Source: an uncultured Clostridia bacterium (GTDB lineage: Bacteria > Bacillota > Clostridia > TANB77 > CAG-508). Taken from it: 64,000 nt of DNA. Below are positions 10,310 to 19,514 of the stretch, piece after piece. Under the pieces are notes generated by a model. It was not told the origin of the DNA. It worked only from the letters and a program-made list of their open reading frames with translations, and did not search any database. The stretch covers positions 9,675-73,674 of the forward strand of contig CAJFHE010000005.1 in the NCBI GenBank assembly GCA_904378095.1, read 5' to 3'. The translations under genes were made by a program, and so were the position numbers. The stretch's first letter is position 1. Each line of letters starts with the position of its first letter.

Positions 10310-10759
10310 ATGAAAAAAAGATTTTTATTCACTTTAGTTGCAACCATTCTATTTTTATCTATCGCAATCTCTTCTTTTGCTATGGGTAATATGGCCAATG
10401 ATGTAAGAAACTTTGTAGGTGGAACAGAAAATACTATAGAAAATGTTGGAAATAATGTGGCAGGTGGAATAAAAAATGGTTTCAATACAGTTGAACATGG
10501 GGCTGAAAATGTTGCTTCTGACATGAAGTCTGGAGCACAAAAAGCCGGAAATTCAGTTATGGGTATGACAACAAATAATAATAATGGCGGATACACTGCA
10601 ACAAGAACATCTGGAAATGCAGCGATAGCAGGAATGTCAACTAATACTTGGACATGGATTATAGTTGGTATAACAGCTGCAGCTATAGTTATTCTTGTTT
10701 GGTCATATATAAAGCAAAAAAATAAAAACGACATTTATATTGACTCTGATGAATTATAA
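10310..10759 (+). CDS. Hypothetical Gly/Asn-rich exported protein with a C-terminal TM helix
   Basis: Strong RBS AAGGAGG 7 nt upstream, a signal peptide and a C-terminal TM. I treat the antisense ORF 10276-10734 as a shadow ORF. Confidence 0.55.
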   Translation: MKKRFLFTLVATILFLSIAISSFAMGNMANDVRNFVGGTENTIENVGNNVAGGIKNGFNTVEHGAENVASDMKSGAQKAGNSVMGMTTNNNNGGYTATRTSGNAAIAGMSTNTWTWIIVGITAAAIVILVWSYIKQKNKNDIYIDSDEL

Positions 10760-10804
10760 AAAAGCAAAATTTAAATATTGACAGCTATTTTTCAATTAAA
10801 GCTA

Positions 10805-10857
10805 GTAAAACATAGGGATTGATTTTAAAATATGTTCCTATGTTTTACCGGCTTTTT
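10805..10857 (+). terminator. Intrinsic terminator
   Basis: GTAAAACATAGG...CCTATGTTTTAC (12-bp stem) followed by CGGCTTTTT. Confidence 0.65.
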
Positions 10858-10968
10858 CGTTGTTTTCTAAATAAAAAAATGATATAATATTATTAGTTTG
10901 ATTCTAATTAATAAATTACATTTTAAGCAATAGTAATTATAATATAAAGCAAAAAGGAATGATAAATT

Positions 10969-11427
10969 ATGAAAAAGAAAATTGTGGCAACCAATCCAAC
11001 CGCCAGACATAACTATACTATAGAAGATACATATGAAGCTGGAATTGTCCTTACAGGTACTGAAATTAAATCTATACGTAATGGAAAAGTTAATTTAAAA
11101 GATAGCTATGCCAATATAAAGAATGGTGAAGTTTTCATTTATGGAATGCATATTGGACCATATGAGCATGGAAACATATATAATAAAGATCCACTAAGAA
11201 CAAGAAAGCTCTTATTAAACCGAAGAGAAATAAATAAACTTACTGGACTTATTAAGCAAAAAGGTCTTAGCCTTGTCCCTATTTCTTTATATTTCAATGG
11301 CAATTTTTTGAAAATAGAGCTTGGAGTTGGTAAAGGTAAAAAACTTTATGATAAGAGACAAGATATAGCTAAAAAAGATGCTGAAAGAAGAATGCAAAAA
11401 GCAATGCGAGCAAATGAAAAAAGCTGA
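10969..11427 (+). CDS. smpB: SsrA-binding protein
   Basis: 152 aa with the typical SmpB sequence ([26 protein letters not shown]...). Confidence 0.95.
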   Translation: MKKKIVATNPTARHNYTIEDTYEAGIVLTGTEIKSIRNGKVNLKDSYANIKNGEVFIYGMHIGPYEHGNIYNKDPLRTRKLLLNRREINKLTGLIKQKGLSLVPISLYFNGNFLKIELGVGKGKKLYDKRQDIAKKDAERRMQKAMRANEKS

Positions 11428-11430
11428 GTC

Positions 11431-11491
11431 GAAGCAAAAGGACAAGTCATGAAACATATATAAAAAGTTTTACGACCTGTCCTTTTGCTTC
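11431..11491. terminator. Bidirectional terminator between the convergent smpB and fba genes
   Basis: GAAGCAAAAGGACAAGTC...GACCTGTCCTTTTGCTTC: an 18-bp stem with one mismatch. Confidence 0.7.
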
Positions 11492-11493
11492 AT

Positions 11494-12423
11494 TTATGCC
11501 TTATTGCTTGAGCCAAAAACGTCTCTTATTTTATGCTCAACAGTTTCTTTTATTAGTTCTCTTGCAGGCGTTAGATAAGCCCTTGGGTCAAATTTTGATG
11601 GTTCTTCCATAAATACTTTTCTAATAGCTGCAGTCATAGCTAATCTTAAATCTGTATCAACATTTATTTTTGATACTCCAGATAAACTCGCTTCATGTAA
11701 TATTTCATCAGGTACACCTTTTGCACCTGGTATATCTCCCCCATATTTGTTGCATTGCTCTACAAGCTCTGGTATAACAGTTGAAGCTCCATGAAGAACT
11801 ATAGGTGTATTTGGTATTCTTTCTTTTATTTGTTTTAAAATATCAAATCTTAACTTTGCTTCTCCCTTAAATTTATATGCGCCATGGCTTGTGCCTATTG
11901 CTATTGCTAACGAATCACAACCAGTTCTTTCTACAAATTCTTTTGCTTGCTCTGGGTCTGTGTACATTGCATCATCAGCTGCTACATTTACGTCATCCTC
12001 TATTCCAGCTAATTTTCCAAGCTCTGCTTCAACTACCACTCCTTTAGAATGTGCATAATCTACTACTTTTTTAGTTAATGCTACATTCTCCTCAAAATCA
12101 TATTTTGAGCCATCTATCATTACTGATGAAAATCCGTTATCAACACACATTTTACATGTTTCAAAATCTGGGCCATGGTCTAAATGCAAAGCTAAAGGTA
12201 TATCATATTCATCCAATGCTGCTTCCACCATTTTTCTTAAATATCCAACCCTTGCATATTTAATTGCACTTGAAGATGCTTGTAAAATTACAGGCGAATT
12301 TTGTGCTGCTGCCGCATCCACTATTCCTTGTATTATTTCCATATTATTTACATTAAAAGCTCCAATTGCGAACTTTTCTTTCATTGATTTTTCAAACATA
12401 TCCTTTGTTGTTACTAATGGCAT
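11494..12423 (-). CDS. fba: Class II fructose-1,6-bisphosphate aldolase
   Basis: 309 aa with MPLVTTKDMFEKSMKEKFAIGAFNVNNME.. and ..LHLDHG.. motifs. Confidence 0.92.
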   Translation of the reverse strand: MPLVTTKDMFEKSMKEKFAIGAFNVNNMEIIQGIVDAAAAQNSPVILQASSSAIKYARVGYLRKMVEAALDEYDIPLALHLDHGPDFETCKMCVDNGFSSVMIDGSKYDFEENVALTKKVVDYAHSKGVVVEAELGKLAGIEDDVNVAADDAMYTDPEQAKEFVERTGCDSLAIAIGTSHGAYKFKGEAKLRFDILKQIKERIPNTPIVLHGASTVIPELVEQCNKYGGDIPGAKGVPDEILHEASLSGVSKINVDTDLRLAMTAAIRKVFMEEPSKFDPRAYLTPARELIKETVEHKIRDVFGSSNKA

Positions 12424-12503
12424 AAAAAATTCCTCCTTTAAATTTGATAGAATTATTTTATTTCTAATCTATTTTTTTGTCAAGCATTAATTAACATAAA
12501 ATT

Positions 12504-12542
12504 AAATCTTGTTTTTTTCCTCCGTCCCCAAAAACAAGATTT
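12504..12542 (-). terminator. Terminator hairpin of the PhoH2 gene; its 5' module is repeated at 24561-24594
   Basis: AAATCTTGTTTTT-ttcctccgtcccc-AAAAACAAGATTT: a 13-bp perfect stem, with U-rich sequence following on the minus strand. Confidence 0.7.
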
Positions 12543-12635
12543 AGAAAAGCGAGAAACAGGTTTTATCTGCTCCTCGCTCAATGGTTTTAGTAAGGGATGA
12601 ATAATATCCTATCCCTCAATCTCTTAACACTTTGC

Positions 12636-13970
12636 TTACAAAATCTTACTTGCTATTGTACTAAGCTCACTCCTAACAGACTCACTGTTTTTCAGAGAAA
12701 TTTGCCAGCACTGTGGAATCCCCTTCATCTTTTCCGAAAGATAAACCAAACCGTTATATCTTTCGTTTAACTTTGGATTATCCACCTGTGTTGGGTCTCC
12801 TAAGAAAATAAACTTAGAGCCTTCTGCGTGTCTGGTGACAATTGACTTAATGTCACCTGGGTCAATATTCTGCGTTTCATCTATGATGAACAAAGAATTC
12901 ACAATCGTACGACCTCTCAAGAATCCAATTGGTTGGACTTCAATCAGACCCTTTTCAAAATAGTATTCTCCATTCTCATAACTAGGTTTTTTGCTTTTAC
13001 CGTTAATAAGAATAGAAAGATTGTCTTTAATTCCTCCAAGATATGGAGAAATTTTATCTTTCATATCTCCAGGCAAAAAGCCTAGTCTCTCATTACCAAC
13101 AGTTTCAGATGGAGTTGCGACAAGGATTCTAGAATATGTCTCCTCCTCGACTCCTTGCAAAGCTGCTGCCAATGAGCAGAATGTTTTGCCTGTACCAGCG
13201 CCTCCTTTAACAATTACCAGTGGTGCTTTTGTCCAATCCATAAGCAAACATTCCATAAGCATTCTTTGACCAGCATTCTTGGCTTTCACTCCGTACGGAA
13301 AGTTTTTATCCCAAAAAACCAGCGGAACAATTTTCTCTCCATCATACCTGCCAAGTGCAGTTTGAGTAGAATCTACAGCACTAATTTCAGTAAACATATT
13401 GTGTATCCAAGTAATTTCAGAATCTTTAATTACATCTGAAATTGCAAGATATTTTTGCTCAAAGAAATCGTTTATAGCTTTCGCTGTAGTTTCAATGTGA
13501 ACACGCCCACTGTATTGCTCTGGTGCAGTCGGAAAAAGGTCATCTCTGAAATCTTCAGCATTAATGCCCAAAGCACGTGCTTTTATTCTTATTGCACTGT
13601 TCTTGGACACGAGAATAATTTTTTGGCTTTTATTCTCTTGCTGCAAGCCAACACAAACTTGAAAGATTCGCCTATCAGTATCATTGATTCCCTCAATATT
13701 TATTGGGATATCATAATGGTTTGTAGCTATTTTCAAGATACTACCATTTGCCTGCTTTACACCTTCCTTCATAAGTTTTGCAATGTCAAAAGTTTCAATA
13801 TAGCTTAAGATACTATCAGCGACCTTCTTTTTCTCTGGCTTACCCCTGTAGCTTTGCAGCTCATCAATAACAGCCAAAGGAATAACCACCTCATTATCAG
13901 AGCCAAACCGCATAGTGCTGTCGGCAGAAGAAAGAAGTGAATTAATCCTTAGTACAAAGATTTTCCGCAT
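12636..13970 (-). CDS. PIN-PhoH fusion ATPase (PhoH2/YlaK architecture)
   Basis: 444 aa with an N-terminal PIN-like region (..VVIPLAVIDELQ.., ..TDRRIF..) and a C-terminal PhoH ATPase carrying Walker A GGAGTGKTF and Walker B IIDETQN. Confidence 0.8.
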   Translation of the reverse strand: MRKIFVLRINSLLSSADSTMRFGSDNEVVIPLAVIDELQSYRGKPEKKKVADSILSYIETFDIAKLMKEGVKQANGSILKIATNHYDIPINIEGINDTDRRIFQVCVGLQQENKSQKIILVSKNSAIRIKARALGINAEDFRDDLFPTAPEQYSGRVHIETTAKAINDFFEQKYLAISDVIKDSEITWIHNMFTEISAVDSTQTALGRYDGEKIVPLVFWDKNFPYGVKAKNAGQRMLMECLLMDWTKAPLVIVKGGAGTGKTFCSLAAALQGVEEETYSRILVATPSETVGNERLGFLPGDMKDKISPYLGGIKDNLSILINGKSKKPSYENGEYYFEKGLIEVQPIGFLRGRTIVNSLFIIDETQNIDPGDIKSIVTRHAEGSKFIFLGDPTQVDNPKLNERYNGLVYLSEKMKGIPQCWQISLKNSESVRSELSTIASKIL

Positions 13971-14147
13971 AATTTATGCTCCTTCCATGCTAAGAAAAAT
14001 TAGAGTTTTTACTAGAGTACTTACTCCAGCTAAAATATGGAAAAACTCTACTAATAGTATACACCAAATTACGAGTATATGCAAGAATTATTAAATACAA
14101 TTTATAGCAAAACTTCGGAGAGCAAAAGTCTCTTATGGGCTAAAAGA

Positions 14148-14172
14148 AGACCTGCTATATCCTAGCAGGTCT
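14148..14172 (-). terminator. Intrinsic terminator of the 136-aa ORF
   Basis: AGACCTGCTA-tatcc-TAGCAGGTCT, with CTTCTTTT following on the minus strand. Confidence 0.65.
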
Positions 14173-14179
14173 AAGGGAT

Positions 14180-14590
14180 TTAAACTTCTGGACCAGTTCT
14201 TAAATCAATCCGGTACTTAATTGGTTCAAACTTTATTCCACATTCTGTTAATATTCTCCCTTCACCATTTTTTAGCCTCCGAACAATAGTCGTTTGCCCC
14301 TTTTTGTTGGCATAGTGAACATCCTTCAGAATTGAAGCTTTCACGTAATGAATATTACGGAAAGTCCTCGTATGAATGAGGTAGAACCACGGTTCTTTTT
14401 CGAAACCTAGCCTTTCAAGTTCTCTTAACTGTTGAGTCGAAGAAATTTTCCAGTAAACATACTTCTCTCCCCTCTTTTTTCTTTCCAAGAGATTGTACCT
14501 CATTTTCTTCGCACTCAAGGCTTGGCCTTTCACAACTAAAACCCCTTTCAAATTAAATTTGGTAGAACCTATACTTTTATTATACACCAT
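14180..14590 (-). CDS. Hypothetical basic protein, family not recognised
   Basis: ORF of up to 136 aa. An internal GTG preceded by AAAGGGG, or the ATG at MRYNLL, may be the real start. I recognise no motif. Confidence 0.4.
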   Translation of the reverse strand: MVYNKSIGSTKFNLKGVLVVKGQALSAKKMRYNLLERKKRGEKYVYWKISSTQQLRELERLGFEKEPWFYLIHTRTFRNIHYVKASILKDVHYANKKGQTTIVRRLKNGEGRILTECGIKFEPIKYRIDLRTGPEV

Positions 14591-14616
14591 CTTACGCTAA
14601 TATACAATAATATTTC

Positions 14617-14784
14617 TTATTTATTTGCATTTCTATAGCTACTACACATAGATTCGTCTGATTGCTTTGTATTACATCCTATAATAGGTGTCACTATTAT
14701 TTGCTCCAATTTGCATTCTTGGCATCCTTCATCATTATATTTACAGCTGGTTACTGTACAATTTATTTTTTGATTTTTCTCCAT
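14617..14784 (-). CDS. DUF1540-type small Cys-rich protein (55 aa, absent from the ORF track)
   Basis: Hand translation: MEKNQKINCTVTSCKYNDEGCQECKLEQIIVTPIIGCNTKQSDESMCSSYRNANK*. RBS AGGAGG lies 8 nt upstream. The Cys spacing is typical of DUF1540. Confidence 0.7.
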   Translation of the reverse strand: MEKNQKINCTVTSCKYNDEGCQECKLEQIIVTPIIGCNTKQSDESMCSSYRNANK

Positions 14785-14923
14785 AAAAAATAGCCTCCTT
14801 TTTTACTTTTAATAGTATTAGTATGGCTATTTTATTTAATTTTATGAAATTTTTTGAAATTTTATTTTATGTGATTTTTACATTTTATTTATTAAATTTT
14901 ACTGCTACTATATGTTCTATAAC

Positions 14924-15625
14924 TCACTCAATTCTTTTCATATTTTCGTTTTCAATACAATTGCAGTTCTCAGGCTGTTTAAATCCTAAATACCAACTCA
15001 TGCCATTTCTATTTTGCCTTATTTCATTTTCTCTATTCATGAGCCCATCAAATGTCGTTGGAGCTGGCATTATTATAGGCTCACATGGTACCCAATTTGC
15101 TGGCATTGCTGCATTATTTGAATCAGCTATTTGCAAAGCTTGTAAACTTCTCAATATTTCGGGAATGCATCTTCCCACATTCATTGGATAAATTAAAATT
15201 AATCTTATTATTCCTTTATCGTCAATAATATATACATTTCTTACTGTTTCTGTGTTGCTCACATCATTTGATATCATACCGTACTTTCTCGCTATCTCTC
15301 CATTTCTGTCAGCTATGATCGGAAAAGGTACTCTTATACCTGTTTTACAAAAAATGTCATAAAGCCAAGCTAAATGCGAAGCATTCGAATCCACACTTAG
15401 TCCAATTAAGCATGTATTCATTCTTTCAAAGTATGTATTTGCCCTAGCAAACGAAATTATCTCTGTGGTACATACTGGGGTGAAATCGCCTGGGTGAGAA
15501 AAAAGTACTACCCATTTTCCTTTATAATCATTTAATGATATATTTCCCATTGTTGTTGTTGCTTCAAATTCTGGCGCCCTCTGCCCTATTCTAACGTTTC
15601 CATTCATCATTATTTCGTAATCCAT
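14924..15625 (-). CDS. Peroxiredoxin (Prx6/1-Cys-like AhpC/TSA family)
   Basis: 233 aa with the active-site context [20 protein letters not shown] and the C-terminal extension typical of this subfamily. Confidence 0.88.
   Translation of the reverse strand: MDYEIMMNGNVRIGQRAPEFEATTTMGNISLNDYKGKWVVLFSHPGDFTPVCTTEIISFARANTYFERMNTCLIGLSVDSNASHLAWLYDIFCKTGIRVPFPIIADRNGEIARKYGMISNDVSNTETVRNVYIIDDKGIIRLILIYPMNVGRCIPEILRSLQALQIADSNNAAMPANWVPCEPIIMPAPTTFDGLMNRENEIRQNRNGMSWYLGFKQPENCNCIENENMKRIE
15471..15554. repeat. Left copy of an 84-nt direct repeat, inside intact prx (codons about 25-52)
   Basis: 78/84 identical, ungapped and in the same orientation as 19988-20071 (hand alignment). Confidence 0.85.
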
Positions 15626-16077
15626 AAAATATAACTCCTTTCAAACCTAGTCAGTTCATAAATCTTCATTTTGTTTATATATTTTATGAATCATTTGTAT
15701 ATAAGGTTACTATGTTCGCATACATTGTCTGATAATTCCACTTGTTTTGTAACAATTTTATTTATTAAGAACTTCGGGATAATTCTCTTTGCTAGTTACA
15801 AATATACCTAACCTACATTGCATTATTCTTGGCCCCCTTCATAACATTTCTAATAAATGTTATTCATAATAGAGGTTGTCTTAGACATCTCTATTATGAA
15901 AGGTCCAAGTTGTTATGAAATTTTCTCATTTTCTGGGAAAATAGTTATATTTTTTAAAAAAGTAGAAAAAATCCAATTTTAATTTCTATTAGTAATAAAT
16001 ATGTTTTCTAATAATAGTGTTGATGTTTCATTACATACTACATTTTCTATCAAATTTGTATGATATTTATAATAATT

Positions 16078-16127
16078 AAAAATAAACCTAAAATATTTGA
16101 AAAATTAAATATTTTAGGTTTATTTTT
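16078..16127 (-). terminator. Strong intrinsic terminator closing the RhuM operon
   Basis: AAAAATAAACCTAAAATATTT-gaaaaatt-AAATATTTTAGGTTTATTTTT: a perfect 21-bp stem with a U run. Confidence 0.8.
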
Positions 16128-16162
16128 TATATTCACGTTAACATAAAATTGTAATTTATCGC

Positions 16163-17176
16163 TCAGATGTTATTTAAGTTTTTTGTTTCTTTTACTAACT
16201 CATCAAAGTCTGAAATGTAATTTTTATCTTGTATAACTCTATACTTTTTATATTCATCTAAAGCCAATTTATCTGCTATTTCTCTCTTTATTTTTCCGTT
16301 ATCCTTTAAAATATTATATTCATTAATTTTCAAGAATACTTCTAATTTTTCTTTCCATTCTTGCATTGAAATAATCTTACCTAGTTTTACTTGTCTTTCT
16401 GCATAGTCAAGATACATAGATACTAAATTATTTAATTCTGTAATTTCTTCTTGTGAAAGATAGTTTTTGGCTATTGTTACATCTGTTTCAAGTATTTTTC
16501 CATCTGGTGCATTTTTCCAAGTTGTTAATCCCATTTTTTCCTTTTTACTACTGGCTCTATTATAAATTATTTCAGGCGCTGTCATGCCAGTAATAGCAAA
16601 ATGCAACTTATTTTGAACATTTTTATAAAATTCTTGTGTCGTTTCACTATTTTTATCATAATCAAAACTACATTCTTTGTATATATCAGTTATCTTTTGA
16701 TAAAATCTTCTTTCACTTGCTCTAATTTCTTTTATTTTAACTAATAATTCATCAAAATAATCTTTTCCAAATTTAGGTCCATTTTTTAACATTTCACTAT
16801 TAACGACAAAGCCTTTTTTTATATATTCTTTTAAAGTTTTTGTAGCCCAAATTCTAAAATCTGTTGCTTCTTTTGAATTTACTCTATAACCAACTGCTAT
16901 AATTACATCTAAATTGTAAAAATTTGTCTTATATTTTTTTCCATCTGAAGCAGTTACTCTAATTTTTTGAGTAACTGAATCTTGCTCTAATTCTCTTGTT
17001 TTAAATATATTTTGTAAATGATATGTTATATTATTTTCTGCCACATTAAATAATTTTGACATTGATTTTTGAGTTAGCCAAAAGTCTTCTTCATTATATA
17101 AAACTTCAATAGATATATTTTCGTTATTTTGACTTTGGTATATAATTAAATCTTTTAAATTTTCTATATTGTTCAA
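16163..17176 (-). CDS. RhuM-family protein
   Basis: 337 aa. The N-terminus (LIIYQSQNNENISIEVLYNEEDFWLTQKSMSKLF...KYKTNFYNLDVIIAVGYRVNSKEATDFRIWATKTLKEYIKKGF) matches the RhuM pattern. It uses a TTG start with RBS GAGGTG inside the upstream gene's end. Confidence 0.8.
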   Translation of the reverse strand: MNNIENLKDLIIYQSQNNENISIEVLYNEEDFWLTQKSMSKLFNVAENNITYHLQNIFKTRELEQDSVTQKIRVTASDGKKYKTNFYNLDVIIAVGYRVNSKEATDFRIWATKTLKEYIKKGFVVNSEMLKNGPKFGKDYFDELLVKIKEIRASERRFYQKITDIYKECSFDYDKNSETTQEFYKNVQNKLHFAITGMTAPEIIYNRASSKKEKMGLTTWKNAPDGKILETDVTIAKNYLSQEEITELNNLVSMYLDYAERQVKLGKIISMQEWKEKLEVFLKINEYNILKDNGKIKREIADKLALDEYKKYRVIQDKNYISDFDELVKETKNLNNI

Positions 17177-17178
17177 TA

Positions 17179-17841
17179 TTAGTCACCTCTTTTTTTATTT
17201 GTTTCTATTATAAATTTAATATCTTCTATTGCTTTTTCTATATTCATCATTCCATTTCCAATAGGATAGTAAACTGGATACACTTTATATTCTTTTCCTG
17301 CAATTATTTTAAGAAAATTTTGTTTTCTGCATTGTGATACAGAAATATTTTGATTTAATACAATAGAACTAACTTGATTTCCTAATGTTATAATGATTTT
17401 AGGATCAATTATTTCTATCTCTTTGCATAATAAATCTAAATATTCACTATAAACAGAATTTGGTAATACTCTTGCATCTACTTGTGTACACTTTCCTAAA
17501 TTAGTTATGAAATACTTATGTTTTTCTACATTTTCATATACTAAATCTGCGAATTTTTCATCCCATTCTTGAGCTTTCTTCGCCATAATATTCTCATATA
17601 TTTCCTCATCAAGTAATCCTATTCTATAAAATAATTTCCATATATTTTTAGTTCCTATCCATGGAGACCTTCTTCCTCTCCAATTAGGCAATGATGCGAT
17701 ATTTCTACCTGTTGGATTCATAAAAACAAAACAAATATCTGGATTATTAATACATCCACCATTATATATAGATGTTAATTCTTTTGCTCCATATTTTATT
17801 TGTAATTTATCATATTCAACTTTTAAATCTTCTAATTGCAT
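17179..17841 (-). CDS. Uracil-DNA glycosylase superfamily protein (family-4-like layout, divergent motif A)
   Basis: 220 aa with FVFMNPTGR where family 4 has GEAPG, ITNLGKC where family 4 has TNxxKCRP, and ..IIITLGNQV.. downstream. Confidence 0.6.
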   Translation of the reverse strand: MQLEDLKVEYDKLQIKYGAKELTSIYNGGCINNPDICFVFMNPTGRNIASLPNWRGRRSPWIGTKNIWKLFYRIGLLDEEIYENIMAKKAQEWDEKFADLVYENVEKHKYFITNLGKCTQVDARVLPNSVYSEYLDLLCKEIEIIDPKIIITLGNQVSSIVLNQNISVSQCRKQNFLKIIAGKEYKVYPVYYPIGNGMMNIEKAIEDIKFIIETNKKRGD

Positions 17842-17853
17842 AATTTATTGCTC

Positions 17854-18453
17854 CTACTTACTACAATTATTTACTATAAAATCAATAACATCATCTTCTT
17901 TATAGTTCTTTGTATTTCTATTCCTGTCTTCTTCTGTTAAATCGACAAAATATTTATTACATTCTGGCATAATTGACATTGAGTCCAATGGATAACCAGT
18001 ATTTCTTTTTTCACATGGTTTGTCAACAAAATAGAAATGGCTTTTACTCCAACTATATTCTTTTGGTTCTTTTCCATCATATATTACCATTCCATATACC
18101 CATTTAGCTGTTAGCTTTCCACCATATTCTTTAACTAAATTTGAATAATACTTAATCATTTCATCATCATTTAACTCTTTTCCATTTACTCTTCTTACAT
18201 GAGTTCCTGGTTGCTTTTCAAAATCTTTTATATATAAAGCTGTATCTCCTGCTATTGTTGGTATTTTTGCTATCTTATAGCATGCTTGTGCTTTTATCAT
18301 AGCATTTTCTGTAACTGTTTTTCCATTTTCATTTACTTTAATGTTAATATTCAACTCATTTGGCGATATTATTTCAATGTCCATTCCTTCTAATCTTTTT
18401 TTCATTGATTCTATTTTGTATTTATTTCCAGTTGCATACAATAGTTTTTTCAT
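17854..18453 (-). CDS. Ham1/ITPase-family non-canonical purine NTP pyrophosphatase-like protein
   Basis: 199 aa with LLYATGNKYKIESM.., ENGKTVTENAMIKA and IAGDTALYI, which match the RdgB/Ham1 motif order. Confidence 0.65.
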   Translation of the reverse strand: MKKLLYATGNKYKIESMKKRLEGMDIEIISPNELNINIKVNENGKTVTENAMIKAQACYKIAKIPTIAGDTALYIKDFEKQPGTHVRRVNGKELNDDEMIKYYSNLVKEYGGKLTAKWVYGMVIYDGKEPKEYSWSKSHFYFVDKPCEKRNTGYPLDSMSIMPECNKYFVDLTEEDRNRNTKNYKEDDVIDFIVNNCSK

Positions 18454-18473
18454 AAACTTACCTCCTAAATATA

Positions 18474-19511
18474 TTATATACTATAATATATTTCTCCTTG
18501 ATTTTTGAAATTTAAAATTTCTTTTTTTATTTCATCATCTAATTCTGCAACTCTATAAATATTGTCTCTAATTTTTACCAAAGGATTTATATATCTTTTC
18601 TTTCCTTTAGCCTCTACACTATATTTTCCTTTTATTCTTTCTTTGCTCTTATAAACTTTATCGAAATTTTTAAATTTTTCCCATTGTTCTTTTATTTTTG
18701 CATTTCCTGTTTCATCTAATATTCTAACAATATCTTCTTCTTTTTGTTTCATAAACATCTTAGGCTCTAATATGCCATCATCCACCGCCATTCTTAAAAT
18801 ATCTGATAAAAAATTATTTGTTATAGTAGAAATACCACCACTCATAAATTTGCCATTATCTAAAACAGCCTTTGTCATTTTCTTAGCTAGCTCTATATCT
18901 TGAAAGCACATTTCATCTGATCCGTATTCGTTTTTTGCTATTGATATATCTTTATATATTTTATCTACTTCTTTCCAAGTAAGAATTCCTCTAGCTGTAC
19001 CTGTGTATAAATTATATTCCAATCTATCTGATGATAATTGTGGCATATCATTATCTGCGATTGGATACATTGCATAATCTGATACTTCTTCTACTTTTAT
19101 ATTATACTTTTTTAATATATCATTTATTTCTTTTGATTCTCTTATAATCTCTTCTGTAGCATTCTCTGTGCTTGTCTGTGTCTCTGCATCATTATTATAA
19201 TAATCAATCACATGTGAAAAAGTAGGAGTAGCTATGTCATGTAATAGCCCAGCTATAGATTGTTTTATATCGTTGGTAAAATTCCATACAATTAACCCTA
19301 CACCAACCGAATGTTCAAATCTTGAATAATTGTATTCGAATGTCTGTAATTTATTTGATATATAGTCTCTACCGCAGTTCTGTCCAACATATTTTAACCT
19401 TTTCATCTCTTTTGTCTGAATAATTTCATTCATAAAATCTGGCATACTCTGTGAGTATATGCTATGTAATTTTTTTATATTTTCTAAATCTTTTTCCGTT
19501 AACTCTTTCAT
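18474..19511 (-). CDS. HD-domain phosphohydrolase of the SAMHD1/dNTP triphosphohydrolase type
   Basis: 345 aa with SRFEHSVGVG, LLHDIATPTFSHVID and SSDRLEYNLY, resembling the RxEHSxGV / HDIGHxPFSH / DxxDY signature of dNTPase-type HD proteins. Confidence 0.65.
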   Translation of the reverse strand: MKELTEKDLENIKKLHSIYSQSMPDFMNEIIQTKEMKRLKYVGQNCGRDYISNKLQTFEYNYSRFEHSVGVGLIVWNFTNDIKQSIAGLLHDIATPTFSHVIDYYNNDAETQTSTENATEEIIRESKEINDILKKYNIKVEEVSDYAMYPIADNDMPQLSSDRLEYNLYTGTARGILTWKEVDKIYKDISIAKNEYGSDEMCFQDIELAKKMTKAVLDNGKFMSGGISTITNNFLSDILRMAVDDGILEPKMFMKQKEEDIVRILDETGNAKIKEQWEKFKNFDKVYKSKERIKGKYSVEAKGKKRYINPLVKIRDNIYRVAELDDEIKKEILNFKNQGEIYYSI

Positions 19512-19514
19512 TTC

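Noticed and set aside
10276-10734. A 152-aa minus-strand ORF overlapping 10310-10759
   Set aside because: The plus-strand ORF has a strong AAGGAGG RBS, a signal peptide and a downstream terminator. The minus-strand ORF has none of these.
11428-11493. A tmRNA (ssrA) gene expected downstream of smpB
   Set aside because: Only 66 nt separate smpB from the convergent fba gene, and a terminator hairpin fills the gap. There is no tRNA-like acceptor/T-arm and no tag reading frame.
12440-14600. Elevated GC as proof of horizontal transfer of the PhoH2 region
   Set aside because: Hand counts gave about 40-43% GC for PhoH2 lines, but about 38-42% for the adjacent core gene fba as well. Composition alone is therefore ambiguous without a genome-wide calculation.
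15626-16077. A PerR/Fur-type box or small ORFs in the 540-bp region upstream of prx
   Set aside because: Several short inverted repeats are present (for example CATAATAGAG...CTCTATTATG at about 15866-15897). None matches the 7-1-7 PerR/Fur consensus convincingly, and only trivially short ORFs occur.
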